Positions 9,409 to 17,710 of a DNA stretch of 32,000 nt are shown one piece after another. Source of the DNA: Staphylothermus hellenicus DSM 12710 (GTDB taxonomy: Archaea > Thermoproteota > Thermoprotei_A > Sulfolobales > Desulfurococcaceae); the NCBI RefSeq assembly GCF_000092465.1, contig NC_014205.1:1290001-1322000 (forward strand), read 5' to 3'. The notes below the pieces were generated by a model that had not been told where the DNA came from, did no database searches, and worked only from the letters and a program-made list of their open reading frames with translations. The stretch's first letter is position 1; each line of letters starts with the position of its first letter. The position numbers and the translations under genes are program-made.

Positions 9409-12400
9409 ATGGTGGAATTAAAGCATATTCATGGATATTATAGGTACTCATGTCCCAATTGTGCCGGTGAAAATAGCGACCTACGATTAATATATAAAGC
9501 ACCATGTGATAAGTGCATAGAGGAAGAACTATTTGATCAAATCAGAGAAAACATTAGTAAAAAATCCTACAAAGAAATACTTGAAACATACTATAAAGTA
9601 CTTCAAAAACATAATAAGCTGAAGAAAAGATTCGAGTCCCTATATAAGTTTGAAGAAAAACTAGAGAAATTCGAAGAATTCTTTAGCAGAGCGACCGGAG
9701 GCTATAAGTTCTGGAGCGCGCAGAGAACATGGGCTAGAAGATTATTAAAGCGTAGATCCTTCAGCATTATAGCACCTACTGGTATGGGTAAAACAATGTT
9801 TGCACTAATAAGTTCACTATACTTATCCAAAAAACAAATCATGATCCAAAAAAATAGAGCTTCGCGTAAAAAAGTTTATTTAGTATTCCCTACAACACCT
9901 CTTTTACTCCAGGCTGAGAAAAAGCTTAGAAAACTAGCTGAACAAGCAAGAATACCTGTTTGCCAAGAAGAAAACCATGATCAAACATGTTTAAACATTA
10001 TCAGCATACATGGACGTGTTTCTAAGAAGAAAAGAGAAAAATTATTAGAAGAAATCAAATCAGGAAATTTCGATATCTTATTGTCAACTAATATGTTTAT
10101 GCATAGAAACTATGAGTTATTACTTGGCAAGAAATACGAATTAATAGTCATGGATGATGTCGACGCTATACTGCGCAGCGGAAAAGCTATACGTATACTT
10201 TTCTATTTATTAGGGCTCACCGATCAAGAAATAAATGAAGCTATAGAATATTTAAAGGCAAGGCAGAGATTAGCGTTCAGGCTTTCAGAAGAAAAAAGAA
10301 GAGAGTTAGAGCAAAAACTAGAGACATTAGAGAAGAGAATAGAAAAGTATAAAAGAAAAATCGGCACAATTGTGATTGTTTCAAGTGCAACAGGCAAGCC
10401 CAGGGGAATTTATCCGAGACTATTTAGAATACTACTAAACTTCGAAGCAGGCTCCAAAGCCGAAGCAATCAGAAACATTGTCGATACATATACTTATCCC
10501 GAAGAATCTATTGAACAAACAATAATTAAACTCGCGAAAAAACTAGGCAATGGAGGATTAATATTTGTACCAATAGATAAGGGAGTAGAGTATGCTGAGA
10601 CTATAGCTGAGCTTTTAAAGAAAAATGGAATAAATGCTGAAGCATTTCACGCCAAGAAAGCTGTTAAACTACTGGAAGAGTTCGCTTCAGGCAATATAGA
10701 TATCCTAGTCGGTGTAGCAACATATTATGGAGTAATGGTTCGCGGACTAGATCTTCCGGATAGGGTTAAGTATGCAATATTTACAGGTGTCCCCCGACAC
10801 AAATTCAGTACAAGATTAGAGACACCCTCACCCACTGATGTACTACGAATATTTACAATTCTCCGAGACGTACTAGAAGGAGAAGAAAAGAGAAAAGCCG
10901 AGATCCTAATTGGACGTATATCTTTGAGGCTGAGAAGGCTAAGTCAAGGAGCACTTATGAAATTAAAAGAAGATTTCATAAAGAAGCTTCAAGGAGAAGA
11001 AGTAGAAGAGTATCCATTACTATCAATGTTGATTGAAGCATTATCAATGGCTAGAGAACTGTTATCAAAACCGGAGATCTGGGAAAAACTAAAACAAAAG
11101 GGAGATGTAGCTCTAATTCAAGAAGATGGGAAATCCTATATTTTGATCCCAGATGTCGCAACATATATTCAAGCAAGCGGTAGAACTTCCAGATTATATC
11201 CTGGAGGAATCACTAAGGGATTATCAATAGTTATAGTGGATGATCAGAGACTATTAAATGGACTAACCAAAAGGATGAGATGGCTATATGAAGAATTTGA
11301 CATGAGGAGACTAGACGAGGTAGACTTAGATAATCTAATGAAAGAAATAAATGAGGAAAGAAGAAAAGTCAAAATGATACTGGAAGGAAAAATTGAAGCA
11401 GAGAAAACACTTGAACTAACAAAATCAGCACTGCTCATAGTGGAGTCTCCTAACAAGGCTAGAACAATAGCTAATTTCTTCGGCAAACCCTCCATAAGAA
11501 TACTAGAAAACGGTATGCCCGTATATGATGTTACTACAGGGGACTATGTATTATCTATAATTGCAAGCATAGGCCACGTATATGATCTAGTAGTTGATGA
11601 TGGACTATATAATTATGGTGTCAGACTAGTTGGCGACAAATTCGTCCCAGTATATACGGATATAAAAAGATGTAATAAGTGCGGATACCAGTTTACCGCC
11701 GAAACAAATACGTGTCCAAAATGTGGTGGCAGAGATATATCGAGAAAACTAGACATAGTGGAAACACTGCGTGAACTAGCAAACGAAGTAGACACAGTAT
11801 TTATCGGCACAGATCCGGATACCGAAGGAGAAAAGATTGGATGGGATATTAAAGTATTATTAGAACCATATGCTAGGGAGATCAAAAGAGTCGAATTCCA
11901 CGAAATCACTAGAAGAGCTATACTAAATGCAATAAGAAACCCTAGAGACTTCGATATGAAGCTTGTAGAAGCACAAATTGTTCGTAGAATAGAGGATCGA
12001 TGGCTTGGTTTTGCCTTATCCAAGAAGGTACAGAAATACTTCTGGCCAAAGTACTGCGTCGAAGCCCTAATACCCTCCCTATATAAAATGATAAGGAAGA
12101 AAAAGAAGAAAATAGAAAAAATGCCGAACTGCTGTGTAGAGAATAGAAATCTTAGTGCTGGAAGAGTCCAAACACCTGTGCTGGGATATATTATTGAAAG
12201 ATACCGTGATCACAATGATGTATCAAAATATAAATATCTATTAACAATAAAGATCGATGATAATAGGTTACGTGTAGATATTGACAGAAGTGTACTGGAA
12301 AATATTGGGACTACCTCACCCAGAGACCTTATTGGCTATAGAGTCGAAGTTTTAGAAGGAGATAGAAAAGAAGAGATAATCAATCCTCCACCACCATTCA

Positions 12401-13350
12401 CGACAGATACCCTACTAGAGGAAGCATCTATGAGATTAGGATTATCTACAACACGTACAATGGAGATTGCACAAGAACTATTCGAGCTAGGTTTGATAAC
12501 ATATCATAGAACAGATAGCATAAGGGTAAGCGATGCTGGAATAAATGTTGCAAAACAGTATCTCGAAGAAAAGCTAGGTGAAAAAGCGAAGGAAGTATTT
12601 AAACCGAGAACATGGGGTACAGGTGGTGCCCATGAAGCAATAAGACCTACTAGACCTATTGATGCTGATAGATTAGCAGAGCTAATTCGTGAGGGCGCAT
12701 TAATTCTTGCGAGACCATTGACTAGACTACACTACTTGGTTTACAAATTAATATTTAATAGATTCATTGCTAGCCAAATGATCCCTGCTAAGATCGTAAA
12801 ACAAATTCTTAAGATTAGGATAAATGGGTACGAGAAGAATGTTGAGAGAGTAATAGGTATTATTGAAAAAGGATTTCTAGAATTCTACCAGACAGTTAAC
12901 ATAGAAGAAGAAGTTAAGCCAGGTACTTATCCAATAGTAGACGTGGAGGAACTAAAACCGCCTCTAGCCAGATACCACGATGTCATTAAATGGATGAAGA
13001 TCAAAGGAATAGGTAGACCAAGCACCTACGCTAAAATAATACAGACACTAATTGATAGAAGATATGTTAATGTATCTAAGCGTGTAAAAGCATTAATTCC
13101 AACCAGAAGAGGGATTATGGTATACGAGGAATTCTTGAATAAATACTACAGAGATGTTGTCGGCGTAGATGTTACAAGGGAATTAGAAAAGAAAATGAAA
13201 GAAGTAGAGGAGGGTGTTAGAGATTATCAGGAAGTTCTTTGGGAAATATATAATGAACTAAGAACTAAAATTATAGATAATCCTATAGTGAACAAAGAAC
13301 TGGAACGACAGTGGAGTATGTATTGCGGGCAAACAGAATATTCAAAATAA
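9409..13350 (+). CDS. rgy: reverse gyrase (helicase-like domain fused to topoisomerase IA domain)
   Basis: 1313 aa. It has an N-terminal zinc finger (CPNC...CDKC), helicase motifs 'APTGMGKT' and 'VMDDVD', then a Toprim/topo IA part with 'IVESPNKARTIANFFGKPS', 'GTDPDTEGEKI', 'SAGRVQTP' and 'ITYHRTDS' (catalytic Tyr context). Confidence 0.97.
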   Translation: MVELKHIHGYYRYSCPNCAGENSDLRLIYKAPCDKCIEEELFDQIRENISKKSYKEILETYYKVLQKHNKLKKRFESLYKFEEKLEKFEEFFSRATGGYKFWSAQRTWARRLLKRRSFSIIAPTGMGKTMFALISSLYLSKKQIMIQKNRASRKKVYLVFPTTPLLLQAEKKLRKLAEQARIPVCQEENHDQTCLNIISIHGRVSKKKREKLLEEIKSGNFDILLSTNMFMHRNYELLLGKKYELIVMDDVDAILRSGKAIRILFYLLGLTDQEINEAIEYLKARQRLAFRLSEEKRRELEQKLETLEKRIEKYKRKIGTIVIVSSATGKPRGIYPRLFRILLNFEAGSKAEAIRNIVDTYTYPEESIEQTIIKLAKKLGNGGLIFVPIDKGVEYAETIAELLKKNGINAEAFHAKKAVKLLEEFASGNIDILVGVATYYGVMVRGLDLPDRVKYAIFTGVPRHKFSTRLETPSPTDVLRIFTILRDVLEGEEKRKAEILIGRISLRLRRLSQGALMKLKEDFIKKLQGEEVEEYPLLSMLIEALSMARELLSKPEIWEKLKQKGDVALIQEDGKSYILIPDVATYIQASGRTSRLYPGGITKGLSIVIVDDQRLLNGLTKRMRWLYEEFDMRRLDEVDLDNLMKEINEERRKVKMILEGKIEAEKTLELTKSALLIVESPNKARTIANFFGKPSIRILENGMPVYDVTTGDYVLSIIASIGHVYDLVVDDGLYNYGVRLVGDKFVPVYTDIKRCNKCGYQFTAETNTCPKCGGRDISRKLDIVETLRELANEVDTVFIGTDPDTEGEKIGWDIKVLLEPYAREIKRVEFHEITRRAILNAIRNPRDFDMKLVEAQIVRRIEDRWLGFALSKKVQKYFWPKYCVEALIPSLYKMIRKKKKKIEKMPNCCVENRNLSAGRVQTPVLGYIIERYRDHNDVSKYKYLLTIKIDDNRLRVDIDRSVLENIGTTSPRDLIGYRVEVLEGDRKEEIINPPPPFTTDTLLEEASMRLGLSTTRTMEIAQELFELGLITYHRTDSIRVSDAGINVAKQYLEEKLGEKAKEVFKPRTWGTGGAHEAIRPTRPIDADRLAELIREGALILARPLTRLHYLVYKLIFNRFIASQMIPAKIVKQILKIRINGYEKNVERVIGIIEKGFLEFYQTVNIEEEVKPGTYPIVDVEELKPPLARYHDVIKWMKIKGIGRPSTYAKIIQTLIDRRYVNVSKRVKALIPTRRGIMVYEEFLNKYYRDVVGVDVTRELEKKMKEVEEGVRDYQEVLWEIYNELRTKIIDNPIVNKELERQWSMYCGQTEYSK

Positions 13351-14258
13351 TAAATCCATTTCAGTCGGAGACCAGTAATAATGTTATAAGTAGTTATATT
13401 GCTATAGGTCATTTAAACGTATATATCAAAGATAAAAGAAGTAATCTGGACGTAGCTAGAAAAAGTTTATTAATAGCACATGAAAACTATGTTGACACCC
13501 TTATACTACCATATATGCAGCCTTATGGGCCTATACTGAACAATAATATTTCAAAGAGCACACTAAGAAAAAAATACGGATTATCGCTTACAAGCAGGTA
13601 TCTTGCAAATCTAAGCATTATTGCTAAAAACTATGGTGTAAATGTTTTACTTATGAGCACAATAGAAAAAGCTGGTTCAAAAATTTATGTAACGGCTTTC
13701 TTAATCCCAGGCATAATAGGTGAACCAATCGAAAAGTATAGAAAAATAGTACTGAGCAATCGAGAGAAGATTATTGGTTTTAACAAAGGAAAAACCATTA
13801 AAAAGTTTAGATGCAGAAACATTTACTATAGCATAGTTTTAGATGATGAAATCTTATATCCGGAACTAGCAAAGCTTAGCCTCTATCTTGGAACGGACAT
13901 ATTATTTATAGGAATAGCTCCGGATTACCCTGTTAAGAACTATATGAGCATAATTAAATCATTAGCGCTTATGACTCGATCAAAAATTATATTGGTCGGA
14001 GGAATATATTATTATGAGAATAAGCTAAGCTATATTGTCCCAACAGTTATCCTTGATCAAAGAGGCAATATATTGTTCAAGTATATGAGCGATGAGCAAG
14101 CATTAATAATACTACCCACGCAATATCTTATTAGGAAAAATAAAAAAATTGATCAAGAAACAATGTTTATCTATACATTATATAGGAAGCTACTTCGCCG
14201 TAAAAAACGAGGTGTAGGAATTGGAGATAGAAAAGGTTATACCTATAAAGTTGAATAG
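13311..14258 (+). CDS. carbon-nitrogen hydrolase (nitrilase-superfamily)-like protein, catalytic Glu and Cys apparently replaced
   Basis: 'EKYRKIVLSNREK' matches the CN-hydrolase catalytic-Lys block (YRKiHLf..E). 'YYSIVLDDEILYPE' aligns with the 'iCyD..FPE' Cys block but has Leu at the Cys position. 'DTLILPY' aligns with 'dlvvlPE' but has Tyr for Glu. The start is uncertain (GTG 13311 or TTG 13323), and the ORF overlaps the rgy 3' end. Confidence 0.6.
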   Translation: MEYVLRANRIFKIINPFQSETSNNVISSYIAIGHLNVYIKDKRSNLDVARKSLLIAHENYVDTLILPYMQPYGPILNNNISKSTLRKKYGLSLTSRYLANLSIIAKNYGVNVLLMSTIEKAGSKIYVTAFLIPGIIGEPIEKYRKIVLSNREKIIGFNKGKTIKKFRCRNIYYSIVLDDEILYPELAKLSLYLGTDILFIGIAPDYPVKNYMSIIKSLALMTRSKIILVGGIYYYENKLSYIVPTVILDQRGNILFKYMSDEQALIILPTQYLIRKNKKIDQETMFIYTLYRKLLRRKKRGVGIGDRKGYTYKVE

Positions 14259-14577
14259 CCTAAACGATCTTGTGAGGCTAGCAGCAACTATTTCTAGTCC
14301 TCAAACAACGATGTATATTCTTAGATTTAAGTATAAGAATAAACTAGTCTTAGGAGTTCTCGGTGTATTCAGAGACTACTATAAACTATATGGTTTACCA
14401 ATGTTTTATTACTACATCCTCAAGAAAGAAGATGCTGAGAAAATAATTGATAAAAGCTATATAATTATTAGTAGTAATAACGAGAAAATAGAGTTTTCAA
14501 AACATCCAAAACCAGGATTATCTATACCTATGATTACCTTAGCAAAAAAACCATTATTTATTCCCGAACTTGACTAA
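14221..14577 (+). CDS. hypothetical protein (118 aa)
   Basis: ORF that overlaps the preceding gene by 38 nt. TTG start, with an alternative ATG at 14311. No motif recognised. Confidence 0.4.
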   Translation: MEIEKVIPIKLNSLNDLVRLAATISSPQTTMYILRFKYKNKLVLGVLGVFRDYYKLYGLPMFYYYILKKEDAEKIIDKSYIIISSNNEKIEFSKHPKPGLSIPMITLAKKPLFIPELD

Positions 14578-15089
14578 GAATTTTTGATCCCTCTCACAAT
14601 TTTTTATGCTGAGCCCTGGAGAGTTAAACGTATATGTTTCATAACCTAGATCCTTGAAGACTTATATCCTACTAATAATTCACAGATTTTTACCCGCAAA
14701 ACCAGTATTCTACCATTTTTCTCTAAGAGAATATAGGGTTTGAAAAGAAATCTGTTTAAAAATACGTGGATTTTTCTAAGGATTAGATCCTCGTCATGTA
14801 GACTATATGGGTAAAAGAGTATTCCTGTTCTTATTAATACATTTATTAAAATAGCTGCATCTCCTAGAAACCGTTTCTGCCCACACTATATAGCATCCAT
14901 TTCTATATCCAAGGCCACCTGTATTTTTGTCTAAGTATTCTAGGACTTCTTATAGACCCATATGTTTCTGTATAAATGCACATGCCTTCCCAGCAATTCA
15001 CCTAACGAAAAATAACAATTTTGATGAGTATTCATAGTTTTTCATAGCCTTTTTTATAGATCTCGTAAACCTTTAAATACAGTTATCAT

Positions 15090-15254
15090 CCTTGTCTTCG
15101 ATGAGGGGAGTCCGTAGAAGCCATATGCGGGGCTCCCGTAGTCGGGGACAAGGGGATCAATATGGGAAATGAAAACCTATGTAGGCCTATTGAGGCTTAC
15201 GTAGGTTGAACCCCTAGATAAATCATCTGCTTTATCGATTTTTCCGCGAAGCAG
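15090..15254. ncRNA. candidate structured non-coding RNA (unknown class, strand unresolved)
   Basis: G+C-rich island inside a 720-bp ORF-free AT-rich gap. Nested helices can be read directly: CCTTGTC(15090)...GACAAGG enclosing GGAGTCC...GGGGCTCC; CCTATGTAGGCCT-attg-AGGCTTACGTAGG; GGGG...CCCC; and CTGCTT(15227)...AAGCAG(15254). Confidence 0.3.
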
Positions 15255-15301
15255 GTATCCTGTAATGCATAGAATTATTTTTGTATATGGAAAAACATTG
15301 T

Positions 15302-15697
15302 TTATCTTGTTCTTATAATCATTCTTTTACCCATGACAACCCAGTATTCTACTTCTACTCCAGGCTGTAGTTTTTCTCGTAGTTTTTCATCACTAGGCTT
15401 CTCGACCTCGAATGTTTCAAACGTTTCCATATCCATTACTTGTAATAAGTCCCCCATGTCAGCTATTATTTGTCCAACTCTCTTCTCTATAACTGGGACC
15501 TCTACTCTCTGATCTACAGGAGCTACAAGGGTTTTCTTGTTACCCGTGAACAATCCTATAGCTACTACATGTGCTTTAGCGCTTCCATGTTTTCCTGTTT
15601 TAGCCTTGCTCATCTCTACAATTCTGCATGGTTCACCATCGATAATAATGAAATTGCCTGATTTTAATTCTCCAAGCGTAGCGTATGTTTTGCTCAT
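15302..15697 (-). CDS. eif5a: translation initiation factor 5A (aIF5A)
   Basis: 131 aa. The hypusine-site motif '[10 protein letters not shown]' is present, within an overall eIF5A SH3-like plus OB layout. Confidence 0.95.
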   Translation of the reverse strand: MSKTYATLGELKSGNFIIIDGEPCRIVEMSKAKTGKHGSAKAHVVAIGLFTGNKKTLVAPVDQRVEVPVIEKRVGQIIADMGDLLQVMDMETFETFEVEKPSDEKLREKLQPGVEVEYWVVMGKRMIIRTR

Positions 15698-15815
15698 ACA
15701 TCATACACCTCATAAACAATTGTATCCTGGACTATACTCAGCTTGTTCGGAATAAATTATTATTCTAGCCATATATAAAACATGTGTAGAAACTAAAGGG
15801 CTAGGTGTATATTTG

Positions 15816-17291
15816 ATGACTCGTATTATTGATTATCTCAGCGAATATCCTCCAAACTATGGTCCGGAATGGGGTAGTGGAGGAATATTCGGGCTAAAAT
15901 ATCATAAGGGAGTCCTATATTACATGTTGGCTTTTGAAGCCCAAGGTTACTTTATAGATCATGATGGAATAAGGAAAATATACGAGTTTGAAAAACTAGG
16001 TTTAAAACCGGTATCAGGCGGGGACACATATAATGCTGTATACGCAATAGATGACTCGATATATTTTGGCGGATGGGTCCATGCACCAGCTATTTATAGA
16101 GGACGAACTAATAAAGGAGCCACTATTGATTTCCGCAACAAGTATAGCCACGTCCACAAATACGATATAGGCAATAATGAAGTCTCACTTATATGGAAGG
16201 AAAGCATTCATGATCCCGAGAAATGGGTTGGAGAAATATCAGAAATAATATATGATCCTTATGAGCAGAAATTATTATTAGCAAGAGCTGATGGCCATAT
16301 AAACCTAGGAGTCTACGAACTTGATCCTTTAAGTGGAAAAATAAGGAAAATACTGGATGAACCCGCATTAAAGGGGGCTATAAACCTAGATTATGCATGT
16401 TTCTCAATACATTATTTCCCAAAAAGCTTTAACGGTATAGAATGTATTGATTTGATAGAGAGAAAAACCATTATAGACAAATTTGATCCGAGCAAATATA
16501 CTATTGATAAGGGAGACGTTCGCTATCCTCTTGTAGGCCCAGTAGCTTCACTATATGGTAGAGTATTTGCATTTATGAAGGGCGGCGTACTAGTCTATAA
16601 TCCAGTGCTTGGCGAGAAATACTTTGTTAGATTACTCGATATTCCATATTCACAGCTTGGACCTGCAAGAGCAAACGCTAAAGTTCTTGGAGGCGGAGTA
16701 ATAGTTCCATATAACATGTTTGTGCATTCAGTGATTAATCCTACAAATGAGTTCGAAGAAAAAGCTAAGAAAGCAACAAATACTATTATATCGCCAACTC
16801 TTCTCCTATACATAGCTCCTCCGCTAGTAAAAATAATTGGAGCTTTCGGTGCAAGAATAACTGGTGTTGAAGTAATCGGGGATCATATATTACTAGCACA
16901 TAATACTATGGCGAACACATATAGATATGATGCATCACCATATGATCAAGGTATAAGAGGATTCACAGCACTAAACACAAGTATTATAAATAGTTCTCCT
17001 CCCCAAGCCACTATAGTTGTTCCAGGATGGATGATAAAAGATAAAGTATTTGGAGGAATACCGTTAACCGGCTACAAAGATCCAGAACTAATAATAATAA
17101 CGAAAAAAGAGAACAAATTGACAATTAACGAATACATGTTTACTCTACCACCAATGCTAACACATACTGAAAAAATCAATATTAACTCTGGAAGAAACCG
17201 TATACTTTTAAACAACTATAGTGGAATAGTATCCTTTAAATTCGATAAGGGTCTTAGTGAAAATGATGTGGTAATTATTCATTTGAAATAA
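15816..17291 (+). CDS. conserved-looking hypothetical protein (about 491 aa)
   Basis: Long clean ORF. ATG 15816 is preceded by GGTG. Recurrent 'Y(F)GGW / hhhYNP' beta-strand-like segments suggest a repeat/propeller-like fold, but no family was recognised. Confidence 0.6.
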   Translation: MTRIIDYLSEYPPNYGPEWGSGGIFGLKYHKGVLYYMLAFEAQGYFIDHDGIRKIYEFEKLGLKPVSGGDTYNAVYAIDDSIYFGGWVHAPAIYRGRTNKGATIDFRNKYSHVHKYDIGNNEVSLIWKESIHDPEKWVGEISEIIYDPYEQKLLLARADGHINLGVYELDPLSGKIRKILDEPALKGAINLDYACFSIHYFPKSFNGIECIDLIERKTIIDKFDPSKYTIDKGDVRYPLVGPVASLYGRVFAFMKGGVLVYNPVLGEKYFVRLLDIPYSQLGPARANAKVLGGGVIVPYNMFVHSVINPTNEFEEKAKKATNTIISPTLLLYIAPPLVKIIGAFGARITGVEVIGDHILLAHNTMANTYRYDASPYDQGIRGFTALNTSIINSSPPQATIVVPGWMIKDKVFGGIPLTGYKDPELIIITKKENKLTINEYMFTLPPMLTHTEKININSGRNRILLNNYSGIVSFKFDKGLSENDVVIIHLK

Positions 17292-17462
17292 AAAATTATT
17301 TTTTAAGATACAAATGTATTGGTTCACCCAGAATATATTCACTAATTTCTCTAACAGTTTCAGATACGGTCAAATGCGGATAAGGTATACTTGATGCTTC
17401 TTCTAGCTTGATCTTATTCATGATGAAAGGTATAAATGATGATATTACTTCAGAAGCTAATG

Positions 17463-17710
17463 GGGCAGAAAAGTTCAAGTATTCCAGATTATATTTTTCA
17501 ATATTGATCTGTGCCCCTGTGGGTTGATGGGAGCTATGCTCCGAGACCCATAGGGGGCTTGCTGTAGATGGGAGGCCCGTGCCGTTGGCCTCGACAGCCG
17601 CCCATGACCCCACAACCCCCAAGAGAGGAGTTGTGGAAGGAGGCGGAAGTCCCTACTGTGGACATAAATAAACACAGAAATATACAGAATGACACGGTAG
17701 GGACAAACGG
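17463..17710 (+). mobile_element. MITE-like internal-deletion derivative of the IS607-family element at 27747-29737 (left end plus omega-RNA-like right end, no ORFs)
   Basis: 17463-17500 'gggcagaaaagttcaagtattccagattatat' nearly matches 27747-27780 'gggcagaaaagtttaagtatttcagattatat'. 17521-17710 matches 29556-29737, including the identical runs 'ttgatgggagctatgctccgagacccat' and 'ctgtagatgggaggcccgtgccgttggcctcgacagcc' and the shared terminus 'gtagggacaaacgg'. Removing the element restores the lpd frame (GIFVV-(S/AP)LASEVI). Boundaries are +/-4 nt. Confidence 0.85.
17511..17710 (+). ncRNA. solo omega-RNA (reRNA)-like scaffold carried by the MITE
   Basis: Homologous to the 3' end/right end of the tnpB-bearing copy. 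It is G+C-rich relative to its surroundings. It keeps the hairpins GGAGC-tat-GCTCC and GAGGCC...GGCCTC, plus a helix (17610-17616/17630-17636) that covaries with 29645-29655/29660-29670. Confidence 0.55.

Noticed and set aside
14806-14949. 48-codon stop-to-stop open frame on the minus strand (EVLEYLDKNTGGLGYRNGCYIVWAETVSRRCSYFNKCINKNRNTLLPI) in the long intergenic gap
   Set aside because: There is no ATG/TTG start and only an internal GTG. It is too short and has no recognisable family. It might be a gene relic, but that cannot be supported from sequence alone.
15196-15216. T-arm-like string (GGTTGAACCCC / reverse GGGGTTCAACC) suggesting a tRNA or split-tRNA half
   Set aside because: The G53-C61 and T-loop geometry is not satisfied, and no acceptor, D or anticodon arm could be built around it on either strand.
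15470-15755. + strand ORFs 15470-15661 and 15537-15755
   Set aside because: Both are antisense to the well-supported aIF5A gene and have no motifs.
17420-17455. Tandem ATGATGA strings resembling box C/C' elements
   Set aside because: They lie inside the lpd C-terminal coding sequence. No CUGA D/D' boxes occur at the required spacing.
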